DNA from: Anaerolineales bacterium
Lineage (GTDB): Bacteria > Chloroflexota > Anaerolineae > Anaerolineales > UBA11579
DNA length: 64,000 bases
Assembly (NCBI GenBank): GCA_021463845.1
Contig: JAJTXV010000006.1
Location: forward strand, 49,089-113,088
Direction of reading: 5' to 3'
Shown: in pieces, positions 1 through 9,020 of the stretch
Layout: every line of letters begins with the position of its first letter
Numbering within the stretch: position 1 is the first letter of the stretch
Notes under the pieces: generated by a model
What the model was told of the DNA's origin: nothing
The model's database searches: none
What the model saw: only the letters and a program-made list of their open reading frames with translations
Translations under genes and position numbers: made by a program

Positions 1-50
1 AGTCCTTGCGCAGTGTGGTTGAACACCTTAGAATGACATTACATTCGCCT

Positions 51-1526
51 ATGTGGACTCTCACCGTCCGCTCGCCGGACAGCAAACCCACCGAATATCT
101 GCTCAAGCCGGGGCTCAACAGCCTGGGCCGCCGCGAGGACAATGACATCCTCATCTCCGACGAGGCTGCTTCACGCCAGCACGCCCAGCTCCACCTGGAT
201 AGCGCCACCAACACCGTCACCATACGTGATCTGGGCAGCCGCAACGGCACCTACATCAACCGCCGCCGCATCACCGAGAACTTCGACTTCAAGCTCAGCG
301 CCAACGATGTGGTGCGTATCGGCCTGTATGAGCTGCTGGTGACCCAGCAAGCCCCCAGCCCGGAAGAGGAGCTCGCCGCCCGCGGCCTGCAACCCTTCAG
401 CCGCGAGCTGCTGCTGGAATCCTTCGATAACCATGCCGTGCTGCTCTATGAAGTCATCCAGCAGCTCAACAACATTCTCGACGTGGAAGTGGCCCTCAAG
501 GAGGTCAGCCGCCTGCTGCAGGTGACCCTCGGCGCTGACCAATGCCAGGTCATCCTGGCCAAAGACTTCCCGCGCCTGGAGGAGCTGGGCTTCCCGCGCG
601 CCATCGCCCAGACCGCCATCCAGCAGCGCAGCGCGGTGCTGCTGCCCAGCAAGGAGCCGCAAACCCGCTCCCTTCTGGAGAACACCGCCCGCCAGCTCAA
701 CATCCATACCGTGCTGTGCGTGCCGGTCATTAGCAATGAGAAGACCATCGCCCTGATCTACATCGTCAAGACCCGCAAAGACACGCGCTACTTCGGCCAG
801 CGTGACATGCAGCTGGCCGTGGCCGTCGGCCACCTGGCCGCGCTGACCATTGAGCGCGTCAGCCTGATGGAGCGCGTGCGCGAGGAGCAGCGTGTCCGCC
901 AGCTGCTGCAGCGCTTCGTGGCCCCGGTGGAGGCTGAGCTGCTGCTGCGCAGCTATCTCAGCAGCGGGAACCTGCCGCAGCTAACCGAGCAGCGCCTGAC
1001 CGTGCTGTTCGTGGATATTGCCGGCTCCAACGGCCTGGCCGAAGCGATGGGCGCCCAGAAGTTTGGCGAACTGCTCGAACGCTATTACCAGGACGTGACC
1101 GACATCGTCTTTCAGCACGGCGGCCTGCTGGACAAATACCTGGGTGACGGCGTGATGGCGATCTTTGGCATGAGCGGCAAGGGCAAGCCTGAGGCGGATG
1201 CGGTGGCGGCCGCCCTGGAGGTGCAGCACCTGGCCGCCGTGCGCTACCGTGACGCCGAGCGCCCCATCGAGGTGCGCGCCGGCATCAACACCGGCAACGC
1301 TGTGGCCGGCTATGTCAGTACCAAGGAACGCGTGGAGCTGACCGTGCTGGGCGACGCGGTCAACATTGCCGCCGGGCTGCAGAAGCTGGCCCACCCCAAC
1401 CGCATCCTGATCGGCGCCGAAACCGCCGAGGCCGTGCGCGGCCAATACAAGCTCCAAGACCTGGGTGAGATGCACATCAAAGAGCGCAGCCAACCCGTCC
1501 AGGTCAGCGAAGTCATCTTCCGCTAA
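51..1526 (+). CDS. FHA-GAF-class III adenylate/guanylate cyclase signalling protein
   Basis: ORF 6..1526. N-terminal FHA signature (LGRREDNDILISDEAASRQHAQL...RDLGSRNGTYIN), central GAF-like region, C-terminal cyclase core (LTVLFVDIAGSNGL...YLGDGVMAIFG...GINTGNAVAGYV). ATG at 51 (MWTLTV...) preferred over TTG at 6; TAGAAT hexamer at 29-34. Confidence 0.85.
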   Translation: MWTLTVRSPDSKPTEYLLKPGLNSLGRREDNDILISDEAASRQHAQLHLDSATNTVTIRDLGSRNGTYINRRRITENFDFKLSANDVVRIGLYELLVTQQAPSPEEELAARGLQPFSRELLLESFDNHAVLLYEVIQQLNNILDVEVALKEVSRLLQVTLGADQCQVILAKDFPRLEELGFPRAIAQTAIQQRSAVLLPSKEPQTRSLLENTARQLNIHTVLCVPVISNEKTIALIYIVKTRKDTRYFGQRDMQLAVAVGHLAALTIERVSLMERVREEQRVRQLLQRFVAPVEAELLLRSYLSSGNLPQLTEQRLTVLFVDIAGSNGLAEAMGAQKFGELLERYYQDVTDIVFQHGGLLDKYLGDGVMAIFGMSGKGKPEADAVAAALEVQHLAAVRYRDAERPIEVRAGINTGNAVAGYVSTKERVELTVLGDAVNIAAGLQKLAHPNRILIGAETAEAVRGQYKLQDLGEMHIKERSQPVQVSEVIFR

Positions 1527-1634
1527 GCGCTGGGTCAAAGTGTGTCGCCCTGAGCGCAGCGAAGGGCATCAATAGCGCCGGTTTCAAAAACAAAGGTTGC
1601 GGGAACTATCACTCACAGCGGTTAAACTAGGCAC

Positions 1635-2117
1635 ATGTCTTCCATTTCCACAATAGCTTTTCAGGACCAATACCTTGACGCCCGCGCCGACTGCTGGGGC
1701 TGCGGGCGCAACAACCACCACGGCCTGCACATCAAAAGCCACTGGGACGGCGAGGACGCCGTAGCCCACTACACGCCCACCGAGCATTTCAGCGGGCACA
1801 AGGGCGTGCTCAACGGCGGCATCATCGCCACCCTGGTGGATTGCCACTCCATCGGTCTGTGCATGGCCCACGCCCACCGCGCCGAGGGGCGCGAGATCGG
1901 CACCCAGCCGCTGATCACCTACGTAACCGGCTCGCTCAAGGTGGATTACCTCAAGCCCACCCCGCTTGACGGCCAGCCGCTTGAGCTGCGCGCCCGCGTC
2001 GAACGGGTCGAGGGCCGCAAGACCTTCGTGCGCTGCAGCCTGTACGCCGGCGGCGTGGAAACCGCCCGCGGCGAGGTGCTGGGCGTACGGATCCCTGAGC
2101 CCCCGGAGCAGCCATGA
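1635..2117 (+). CDS. hotdog-fold thioesterase (PaaI/4HBT-like)
   Basis: 160-aa ORF with GVLNGGIIATLVDCHS motif typical of PaaI-type thioesterases. TAAACT hexamer 6 nt upstream of ATG, no SD. Confidence 0.65.
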   Translation: MSSISTIAFQDQYLDARADCWGCGRNNHHGLHIKSHWDGEDAVAHYTPTEHFSGHKGVLNGGIIATLVDCHSIGLCMAHAHRAEGREIGTQPLITYVTGSLKVDYLKPTPLDGQPLELRARVERVEGRKTFVRCSLYAGGVETARGEVLGVRIPEPPEQP

Positions 2118-2644
2118 AAATAAGCTACCGCCCCACCTTCGAGCAGTTCTCAGACAACTACCTGGCCACCTACTACAGCGGCGGGGTGCAGACCCTGCGC
2201 CGGGTAGCCGGCGGCCCGCTGGTCATGCTGATCGGCTCGCTCATTATTGTGCTCACCTTTGACCGCACCGAGGCCTGGTGGCTGCGCCTGCCGGCCGTGC
2301 TGCTCGGCCTATACGTCTTCTGGCGCGGGCTGGCCTACGCCGTAGGGCCGCTCTTCAACGTCTACCTGGTCTCCCTGCGTAAGGAGCGCCTGTTCGGGCC
2401 GGATGCCCCGCTCACCAGCCTGCAGCTACGGGGGGCCAAGCTGCATATCGAGCAAAATGAAGAGAAGGTGGTCATGCCCGTGGAGCATATCCAGTCGATC
2501 CAGTACCGCGGCGACAGCACCTGGCTGCTGACCTTCAGCGACCAGATGCTGTACATCCCCCGAGAGGGCCTGGAAAGCGGCGACCATGACCGCTTCGTAG
2601 CCAAGCTGGAGGAGTTGCTCACCCCTGAAGAGGTTGAGGAGTAA
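2114..2644 (+). CDS. hypothetical membrane protein (two central TM helices, YcxB-like architecture)
   Basis: 176-aa ORF; ATGA start/stop overlap with the upstream thioesterase gene; hydrophobic segments LVMLIGSLIIVLTF and LPAVLLGLYVFW; GC-rich codon usage like neighbours. Confidence 0.45.
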   Translation: MKISYRPTFEQFSDNYLATYYSGGVQTLRRVAGGPLVMLIGSLIIVLTFDRTEAWWLRLPAVLLGLYVFWRGLAYAVGPLFNVYLVSLRKERLFGPDAPLTSLQLRGAKLHIEQNEEKVVMPVEHIQSIQYRGDSTWLLTFSDQMLYIPREGLESGDHDRFVAKLEELLTPEEVEE

Positions 2645-2673
2645 GGCCTGCCCCCGAAAGGCCACCACACAAG

Positions 2674-2717
2674 CCCCTAAAAGTCAAACATTTGTGCTAG
2701 TTTTTAGGGGCGTTTTT
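2674..2717 (+). terminator. putative rho-independent terminator
   Basis: cccctaaaa (2674-2682) pairs with ttttagggg (2702-2710), followed by cgttttt. The loop is large (19 nt), so only moderate confidence. Confidence 0.45.
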
Positions 2718-2809
2718 CCATTGCACCTGTAGAGCCCGAATGTTAAACTTAATCAGCTTCGGGAAATCAACCACCGGCAGCAATTTGAGACCTCATAAAG
2801 GAGAGGACT

Positions 2810-3016
2810 ATGGCGTATTCTTTCACCAACTCCAAAGGCACCACCTACTATCTGCACTCTCGCTCCAGGCCCAACAAGAGCGGAGGCACCACCACCCTGT
2901 ACTTCTTCTCGAAGGAAGTCAAGGAAGGCTCGGTGGACAACCTGCCCTCCGGCTACGAAGTAGCCGAGATGAAGACCGGCCTGCCGGTGCTGAAGAAGAA
3001 CCAACCGGCCGCCTAG
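2810..3016 (+). CDS. small conserved-looking hypothetical protein (68 aa)
   Basis: Strong SD aaggagagg 6 nt before ATG; TGTTAAACT extended -10-like motif at 2741-2749; clean terminator directly downstream. Looks like an independent transcription unit. Confidence 0.6.
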   Translation: MAYSFTNSKGTTYYLHSRSRPNKSGGTTTLYFFSKEVKEGSVDNLPSGYEVAEMKTGLPVLKKNQPAA

Positions 3017-3035
3017 CGCCCGGTTCCTGCAACAA

Positions 3036-3066
3036 CAAAAAACGGCCCTTGGGCCGTTTTTTGTTG
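3036..3066 (+). terminator. rho-independent terminator
   Basis: aaaaaacggccc ttg ggccgttttttg: GC stem flanked by an A-run and a T-run. Confidence 0.8.
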
Positions 3067-3135
3067 CCTGCTTGCCGCCTACAGGCGCCGCCTATAGGCG
3101 CCTAAGCACAAACTGGCGGGGCGACGCCCGCTTAG

Positions 3136-3810
3136 CTAAATCCTTTTTAGTACAAATTGGCGGGGCGTACGCTGCTTGCGCTCCCAGATCTGCTGGAAGC
3201 GTGACTTTACTTCAGGCTCATAGCCCTCCAGGTAGCGCTCAGGGTGGGCTTTGGCAAAGCGGCCGTCGCCTTCGGCCAGCTCCAGCATCTGCATAAAAAA
3301 GCCCGGCGCATCGCTTACCACGCTCAGCTCCCCACCCGGCTGCAGACTGCCCGCCATGGCGTCCAGGAAGGCCTGGTTGAAGATGATGCGCTTGGCGTCA
3401 GCCGGCTTGTGCTGCGGGTCAGGGAAGTGCAGGTACGCTCGCCGCCAGGCGGCCGTTGGCAGCATTGGGCCCAGCAGCTTGAAATCCGCCCGCAGCACCT
3501 TCAGGTTGGGCAGCCCGCTCTCTGCGGCCAGCCAGGCTGCCCAGTGGGCCGAGCGGTTGGAAAGCTCGATAGCCAGCACATTGGCCGCCGGGTCAGCCGC
3601 CGCCAGGCTGGCGGCAAATTCGCCCGTACCAGCCCCGATCTCGACCTCCAGCGGCAGCTCATTGCCAAAAATAGCCTGCGAGGTCAGCAGCGGGAAGCTG
3701 CCTGGCTCCAGCGCCAGGCGGCGCGGGTGCCACTGCAGCAGGTAGCGCTCGGCCTGCTCAGGCGGCAGGCTGCGCAGCGGGATGCGCCCCAGGTAGCGGC
3801 CGCGTGCCAT
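3136..3810 (-). CDS. trmB: tRNA (guanine-N7)-methyltransferase
   Basis: 224 aa; EVEIGAGTGEF SAM-binding motif and LHFPDPQHKPADAKRIIFNQAFLD block typical of TrmB. Start overlaps the modB stop (TGATG). Confidence 0.85.
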   Translation of the reverse strand: MARGRYLGRIPLRSLPPEQAERYLLQWHPRRLALEPGSFPLLTSQAIFGNELPLEVEIGAGTGEFAASLAAADPAANVLAIELSNRSAHWAAWLAAESGLPNLKVLRADFKLLGPMLPTAAWRRAYLHFPDPQHKPADAKRIIFNQAFLDAMAGSLQPGGELSVVSDAPGFFMQMLELAEGDGRFAKAHPERYLEGYEPEVKSRFQQIWERKQRTPRQFVLKRI

Positions 3811-4598
3811 CAGCCCAGGCTCCAGTTCTGCTCCAGCTTGCGCAGCACCGCCAGCAGTGCGGCTGACACCGCCAGCAGGATCAGCGAGAGGGCGATGGCC
3901 ACACCGCGGTCGCTCTCCAGACCCACATAGATTGCCAGGGGCATGGTCTGCGTGCGGCCCATCAGGTTTCCAGCGAATAGCAGCGTGGCCCCAAATTCAC
4001 CCAGGGCGCGGGCCAGGCACAGCAAAGCCCCGCCGATCAGGCTGGTGCCTGCCGTAGGCACCATCACATAGCGGAACAGCTGCCAGTTGCTGGCCCCCTC
4101 CGTAATGGCCGACTCTTCCAGTTGCTTATCTACATTAATGAAGCCCAGGCGGGCCGCCTGCACAAACAGCGGCGCGGCCACGAACAGCTGGGCCAGCACC
4201 ACCGCCAGCGTGCTGAACGGCAGGCTGACACCCCAGGCCACCAGGCTGCTGCCCAGCAGGCCGCGGCGGCCGAAGGCCAACAGCAGGGCCAACCCCGCCA
4301 CCGAAGGCGGTAGCACGATCGGTAGGTCCACAATGAGCTCGATCAGGCCCTTGCCGCGGAAGCGCCAGCGCGCCAGGGCGAAGGCCAGCGGCGCGCCCAG
4401 CAGCACGGCCAGCAGCGTGCTGGCCAGGCTGGTGCTCAGGCTCAGGCGCAGGGCCGAGACGGCCTGCGCCTGGCTGAGCCGCGTGAGCAGCTCGGGCGTC
4501 AGCCCTTCCAGCAGCATGGCCAGGACTGGCAGGCCCAGGAAGATGCTGAGCAGCACGCCGGGCAGCACCAGCAGCCAGGTGCTCGAGCCGCGCTTCAC
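3810..4598 (-). CDS. modB: molybdate ABC transporter permease
   Basis: Close to the ModB pattern: DLPIVLPPSVAGLALLLAFGRRGLLG and ARALGEFGATLLFAGNLMGRTQTMPLAIY. The track ORF runs to 4856, but that upstream part is Arg/Pro-rich junk overlapping the next gene. GTG at 4598 gives a GTGA overlap with the upstream stop. Confidence 0.85.
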   Translation of the reverse strand: MKRGSSTWLLVLPGVLLSIFLGLPVLAMLLEGLTPELLTRLSQAQAVSALRLSLSTSLASTLLAVLLGAPLAFALARWRFRGKGLIELIVDLPIVLPPSVAGLALLLAFGRRGLLGSSLVAWGVSLPFSTLAVVLAQLFVAAPLFVQAARLGFINVDKQLEESAITEGASNWQLFRYVMVPTAGTSLIGGALLCLARALGEFGATLLFAGNLMGRTQTMPLAIYVGLESDRGVAIALSLILLAVSAALLAVLRKLEQNWSLG

Positions 4599-5632
4599 TG
4601 GATGCCTCCCAGCGGGTCTGGCGGAATGTTGCGGATGGTGTCTTCCCAACGCGGCGGCGGCTCGGCGCCCTCCGGCAGCGGCTCGAGAAAGATGGAACGG
4701 GCCAGATCCGGGCAGTCCGCCCGGCCGTGGTTGTAATAGTCGTCGTTGCCAAAGTCCAGGTACATGAACAGCGGCGAAAAAGTGCCATCGTACTGGTGGT
4801 ACATCAGGTCCTGCGGGTGGTCGTTCACATGGCTGCCGTTGTAATTCGGGCCGCATTCACCCACTACGCCCAGCATATGCAGCAGCTCGTGCAGGATCGT
4901 AACCTCGAAGAAGCCGGTGTAATCCGCCGAACGGGTGAAGCTGCGCGGGCAGGGCAGATCCCGGGTGGGGTTGTAGCCGCGCAGCAACAGCACCGCGGTT
5001 TGGCCGATGCCCTTGGGCGGCACGGGGGCCAGCCCGCAGTAACCCTCGCTGGTCACCACGAAGCCGTCGTAGTACACCACGTAGAGCTTGTTGTCCTTGG
5101 CGCGGCCGGTGATCTTGAGCCAGTGCTCCAGCAGGCTGTTGATGCTGCGATACTCCTGGCTGATCTCATCGGCCGTGTACGGCAAACGGATAAAAGTAAT
5201 GTCCAGCTGGCCGTCTGCGGTGTCATAGCGCAGGCGTTGGCCGGTCTTGCTGTTCAGCCAGTAGTTCATGGCATTGGCAGACATCTCGATCTGTCCGTTA
5301 ATGTCGAGGAAGGCATCCTCGCCATCGCTGGGCAAGGCGTACACAAAGTGCACCTGATAGCCGTCCACATCATCCGGCTGGTCATAGGTGGAATACGGTA
5401 GATCCGTATCGCGCTCAGCCGGCAGCCCCACCGCAGGCGTTGCCGCCTGCGTGGCGGGTGCGGCCACGGCGCCGGGGGCTGCGGTCTCAGCCGGGGCTTC
5501 TTCGGCCGAGGGCACAAAAGCTTCCAGCACCAACGCGGTCGGCTCGGCGCCTTGCAGCGCCAGGGAGCCCGCACGGCAAGCCAGCAGCAAACCGGCGGCC
5601 AGGGTGGTCATTAGTGCAATGCGGCCTTGCAT
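4595..5632 (-). CDS. putative secreted zinc metallopeptidase lipoprotein (HExxH)
   Basis: 345 aa; signal peptide plus lipobox (LAAGLLLAC); single HELLHMLG zinc-binding-type motif near the C-terminal third. No named family recognised. Confidence 0.5.
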   Translation of the reverse strand: MQGRIALMTTLAAGLLLACRAGSLALQGAEPTALVLEAFVPSAEEAPAETAAPGAVAAPATQAATPAVGLPAERDTDLPYSTYDQPDDVDGYQVHFVYALPSDGEDAFLDINGQIEMSANAMNYWLNSKTGQRLRYDTADGQLDITFIRLPYTADEISQEYRSINSLLEHWLKITGRAKDNKLYVVYYDGFVVTSEGYCGLAPVPPKGIGQTAVLLLRGYNPTRDLPCPRSFTRSADYTGFFEVTILHELLHMLGVVGECGPNYNGSHVNDHPQDLMYHQYDGTFSPLFMYLDFGNDDYYNHGRADCPDLARSIFLEPLPEGAEPPPRWEDTIRNIPPDPLGGIQ

Positions 5633-5678
5633 CTTGTGAGTATAAACGCCGCACTGCTATAATCCCTATAGGCTCCCC

Positions 5679-7103
5679 ATGAGTAACCTTCGGCGGCGTC
5701 TTGCGGGTTTGCTGACCTATCGCAATCCGTTCCTCGGAATTCTCCTTCCTCTTCTGCTGTACATTGTCCTGCGGTTCCTGCTGCCCCAGCACGACCTGGA
5801 GCTACGCCACCCGGCCGGGCACTTCCAGATCGTCAGCGCCACAGCGCTGATCTCGCTGGCAATTGCGGTCGTGGTAGGCGTGGTCGGCATCCGCCAGCGC
5901 AATCTGCAGGTGCTGTATGTCGCCATGGCTTTTATCTCGCTGGCAGGCCTGTTCAGCGTGCACGGGCTGGCAACGCCGGGCTTTCTGCTCGGCGCCAACG
6001 CCCTGGTGGGCGTGGCGGTGCAGCTCGCCCTGCTGACCACCAGCTTCTGGCTGATGATCTCGGCCTTGCCCAGCAGCCACCCCGCCAACCGCTGGTTTGG
6101 ACGCAGGCCCAGCATGCTGCTCACGGTGTACTTGCTGGCCCTGGTCACATTTGATTTCTACGCGCTGCGCCAACCAGACATCGTTAGTTGGATCCCGGTT
6201 AACCAGAACCCACTGCGCTACTTTGCCACAGCGCTTACCCTGCTGATGACCGGCATGGCCTTCTGGCGCTACTGGCGCTCGTACCGCTATACCAACTTTC
6301 CCTTCCAATTGGCCGTGACCTATACGGCGGGCTGGATCGCCGTTTCTCAATTCATCGTCATCACCGGCCAAACCTTTTACTTGAGCTGGTGGATCTATCA
6401 CATTCTGCTGCTGGGCTGTGTGCTGGCGTGCATCTTCGGCCTGGTGCGCCAATACCGCCGCCCCGGCGCGCCCATGCTGGCGTTGCAGGGTCTGTTCAGC
6501 ACCAATCCTGAAGAGCAGATCCAGGCTGGCATCGGAGAGCCGGTGCGCAACCTGGTGCGCGCCACCGAAGTGCGTGACCCATACACCGCCGGCCACCAGC
6601 ACCGCGTGGCCCACGGCGCGCTGCGCCTGGGCCAGGCGCTGGGGCTGCGGCCGGAGCAGCTGCGCGCCCTGGTGCAGGGCGGCGAAATGCACGACGTGGG
6701 CAAGCTGGAAGTCTCGAGCGAGCTGCTCAACAAAGTGGGCCCGCTCACGCCGCAGGAGCGCAAGGCCATCGAAGCCCACACTACCGCCGGCTACCAGCTG
6801 TGCGCCCGCTTGGGCTTCATGGGCGATGAGCTGGGCATCGTGCGCTGGCACCATGAGCGCATCGATGGCATGGGCTACCCTGACGGGCTAGTTGGCGATC
6901 AGATCCCGCTGCTGGCGCGCGTCACCGCCGTCAGCGATGTGTTCGATGCGCTCACCTCCAGCCGCGCCTACCGCCACGCCTGGTCGGTTGACGAGGCGCT
7001 GAGCTACCTGCAGCAAAACAGCGGCACCCAGTTTGACCCGCCGCTGGTGACGCTGTGGGTGCAGCTGGTGAACGACGGCAAGATCCGCTCGATGCACTCG
7101 TGA
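5679..7103 (+). CDS. membrane-anchored HD-GYP domain protein (c-di-GMP phosphodiesterase family)
   Basis: 474 aa; about 8 N-terminal TM segments, then an HD-GYP core (YTAGHQHRVA...HDVGKLEV...HHERIDGMGYPDGL). Confidence 0.85.
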   Translation: MSNLRRRLAGLLTYRNPFLGILLPLLLYIVLRFLLPQHDLELRHPAGHFQIVSATALISLAIAVVVGVVGIRQRNLQVLYVAMAFISLAGLFSVHGLATPGFLLGANALVGVAVQLALLTTSFWLMISALPSSHPANRWFGRRPSMLLTVYLLALVTFDFYALRQPDIVSWIPVNQNPLRYFATALTLLMTGMAFWRYWRSYRYTNFPFQLAVTYTAGWIAVSQFIVITGQTFYLSWWIYHILLLGCVLACIFGLVRQYRRPGAPMLALQGLFSTNPEEQIQAGIGEPVRNLVRATEVRDPYTAGHQHRVAHGALRLGQALGLRPEQLRALVQGGEMHDVGKLEVSSELLNKVGPLTPQERKAIEAHTTAGYQLCARLGFMGDELGIVRWHHERIDGMGYPDGLVGDQIPLLARVTAVSDVFDALTSSRAYRHAWSVDEALSYLQQNSGTQFDPPLVTLWVQLVNDGKIRSMHS

Positions 7104-7121
7104 GCTTGGTCTGCAAAGACT

Positions 7122-7154
7122 AAAAGCGGCGCCTTGCGGCGCCGCTTTGTTTTG
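7122..7154. terminator. bidirectional rho-independent terminator
   Basis: gcggcgcc ttgc ggcgccgc stem (7126-7145), with aaaa upstream and tttgttttg downstream. Sits between the convergent HD-GYP and csp genes. Confidence 0.8.
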
Positions 7155-7172
7155 CGAAAGCACAGTGCTAAC

Positions 7173-7388
7173 TTAGGAAAGTACAGGAGTAACGTCTTGC
7201 GCCTGGGGGCCTTTTTGGCCCTGGACAACAACGAACTCAACTCGCTGGCCTTCCTCCAAGGAGCGATAGCCCTCACCAACAATGGCGCTGAAGTGCACAA
7301 ACACATCCTCGCCATCATCACGTTTGATGAAGCCAAAACCCTTGGTGGCGTTAAACCACTTGACTTCGCCAGTTACGCGTTCAGCCAT
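7173..7388 (-). CDS. cold-shock protein (CspA family)
   Basis: 71 aa; [15 protein letters not shown]...[12 protein letters not shown]1/RNP2 motifs; SD aaaggagg. Confidence 0.92.
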   Translation of the reverse strand: MAERVTGEVKWFNATKGFGFIKRDDGEDVFVHFSAIVGEGYRSLEEGQRVEFVVVQGQKGPQAQDVTPVLS

Positions 7389-7487
7389 GATCCGGAGCCT
7401 CCTTTCTCAAAGTTGCTAGAGGTCAGACGATGGCTCGTCGATCAGTGGAACACCCAACTGCTTTGACAACTGCTAGCACTAGCCGGG

Positions 7488-7516
7488 ATTCTAGCATGGG
7501 CAAAAGTAGCCTGTCA
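7488..7516 (-). promoter_or_regulatory. sigma-70-type promoter of the csp gene
   Basis: On the minus strand: TTGACA (7511-7516), 17 nt, TAGAAT (7488-7493). Predicts a ~90-nt 5' UTR, as is usual for csp genes. Confidence 0.55.
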
Positions 7517-7663
7517 ATCATCTGACTTTTGGGGCATATCTGCCCTTGGACAGGGCTTGCCAGCCGGACCCTCTGACAAAACTGTTAGGGGCAGGGCCGA
7601 ATGCACATGCTAGGATAACTAAACAGAAATCTTTGCACGGGTCGGACATTTCAAGAACGAAAG

Positions 7664-8026
7664 ATGCCCAAAATCTTAGTCATCGAGGACATGCCAGATA
7701 GCGCAGAGCTGGCCGCTCAAATCTTGCGCCGCTACGGCCACGATGTACACATCGCGCCTACCGGCGAAGAAGGCCTGAGCCTGGCGATCGAGCACAAGCC
7801 CGACCTGATCGTGTACGACTACTGGCTGCCAGATATTGACGCCCGCACCTTCCTGGCCCGGCTGCGCGCCGTGCCCGGCCTGGAGCACACGCCGGTGCTG
7901 GCCTGCACGGCCACCCCCGCCGCCGCGCTGCAGCCCAGCCTGGGCGAGAACGGCTTCAGCGGTCTGCTGCACAAGCCCTACCGCGTCAGCAGCTTCATGG
8001 AAGCGGTCGACGCCCAGCTGGCTTGA
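7664..8026 (+). CDS. single-domain response regulator (CheY-like receiver)
   Basis: 120 aa; ILVIEDMPDS...LIVYDYWLPDIDA...HKPY receiver pattern; no output domain; no adjacent kinase. Confidence 0.8.
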   Translation: MPKILVIEDMPDSAELAAQILRRYGHDVHIAPTGEEGLSLAIEHKPDLIVYDYWLPDIDARTFLARLRAVPGLEHTPVLACTATPAAALQPSLGENGFSGLLHKPYRVSSFMEAVDAQLA

Positions 8027-8131
8027 GCCGCACTATGGGCGCGGCCGTGTAAAGATCGCCGCGCCAGTGCAAGCCGCGATCGCCAGCACCAGCAGGAACA
8101 AGGCTGCCTGCGGGATCTCAGCGCCCACCGC

Positions 8132-8353
8132 TCACCGCCTACCCAAGGCCAACGCCAGTACGACGATCAGCAGCACCAACAGCACCACCGGGTTGCTCAG
8201 CGCCTGGCCCACATCGCCGCCACCGCCGCCGTCCTGCCCGTCACCGAATGACAGGTCAAGCCCCAGCTGACCCTGGCAGCCTGCCAGCAGCAAGCTGGCC
8301 AACAGCAGTACCAATGTACACAAACTGAGAAACCGCATTGCGGGTATCTTCAT
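8132..8353 (-). CDS. small lipoprotein with C-terminal TM helix (73 aa)
   Basis: Internal ATG at 8353 gives MKIPAMRFLSLCTLVLLLASLLLAGC (lipobox). The longer track ORF (to 8575) overlaps the sigma-factor gene region. Confidence 0.5.
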   Translation of the reverse strand: MKIPAMRFLSLCTLVLLLASLLLAGCQGQLGLDLSFGDGQDGGGGGDVGQALSNPVVLLVLLIVVLALALGRR

Positions 8354-8354
8354 A

Positions 8355-9020
8355 ATGCCTCCCGGTTCTGTCCGGGACAACGAGAGGCCTGAGCGAGTAT
8401 TACGCCGCCACCGAACACGTGTGCGCCGCGATATACTCTCCCAGGCCGGAAACGGAACATTCGTCAAATTGGCAAACAGCAAACAACTTCTTCGCGAAGA
8501 CCAGATCGTCAGCGAAGCGATTAACGGTGAGCAGCAAGCCTTTGCCATGTTATACGACGCGTATGTCGATAGCATTTTTCGCTTTATCTACATCCGGGTA
8601 GAAGACCAGCAAACGGCAGAAGACATTACCTCCGGGGTGTTTCTGCGTGCCTGGGAAAAGCTGGGCAAGTACCAGCAGCGCGGCCTACCCTTCCGGGCCT
8701 GGCTGTTCCGCATTGCCCGCAATGCGGTGATCGACCATTACCGCACCCGCAAGGAAGTGGCCCCGCTGGAAGCGGCCATCAACGCCACCGACAAGAACAC
8801 CCACTCCGTTTCGGAGGGTGTGGCGATCAAGCTGGAAGCTGAGAAGATTCTTAAGTTAATGCACCACCTGACCGAGGACCAGCGTAACGTCTTGACCCTT
8901 AAGCTCGTTCATGGTCTTGACACAGAAGAAGTAGCAAAAGTACTGGGCAAGCGTCAGGGGGCCGTACGGGCTTTGCAAATGCGGGGGTTGCAAACCCTGG
9001 CCAAACTGATGGAGATATAA
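8355..9020 (+). CDS. ECF-type RNA polymerase sigma factor (sigma-70 family)
   Basis: Region 2 (AFAMLYDAYVDSIFRFIYIRV...ARNAVIDHYR) and region 4 (RNVLTLKLVHGLDTEEVAKVLGKRQGAVRALQMRG). The true start may be TTG at 8469 (183 aa) rather than ATG at 8355. Confidence 0.8.
   Translation: MPPGSVRDNERPERVLRRHRTRVRRDILSQAGNGTFVKLANSKQLLREDQIVSEAINGEQQAFAMLYDAYVDSIFRFIYIRVEDQQTAEDITSGVFLRAWEKLGKYQQRGLPFRAWLFRIARNAVIDHYRTRKEVAPLEAAINATDKNTHSVSEGVAIKLEAEKILKLMHHLTEDQRNVLTLKLVHGLDTEEVAKVLGKRQGAVRALQMRGLQTLAKLMEI

Noticed and set aside
3810-4856. 348-aa version of the modB ORF with an 86-residue N-terminal extension
   Set aside because: The extension is Arg/Pro/Gly-rich, overlaps the 3' end of the upstream HExxH gene, and precedes a GTG that forms a GTGA coupling junction. 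The ModB similarity begins only after that GTG.
8036-8134. In-frame continuation after the TGA of the small lipoprotein gene (GTG...AEIPQAALFLLVLAIAACTGAAIFTRPRP), suggesting stop-codon read-through or a second micro-ORF
   Set aside because: It is only ~31 codons with no SD and no supporting conservation visible. Hydrophobic runs arise easily in GC-rich sequence.
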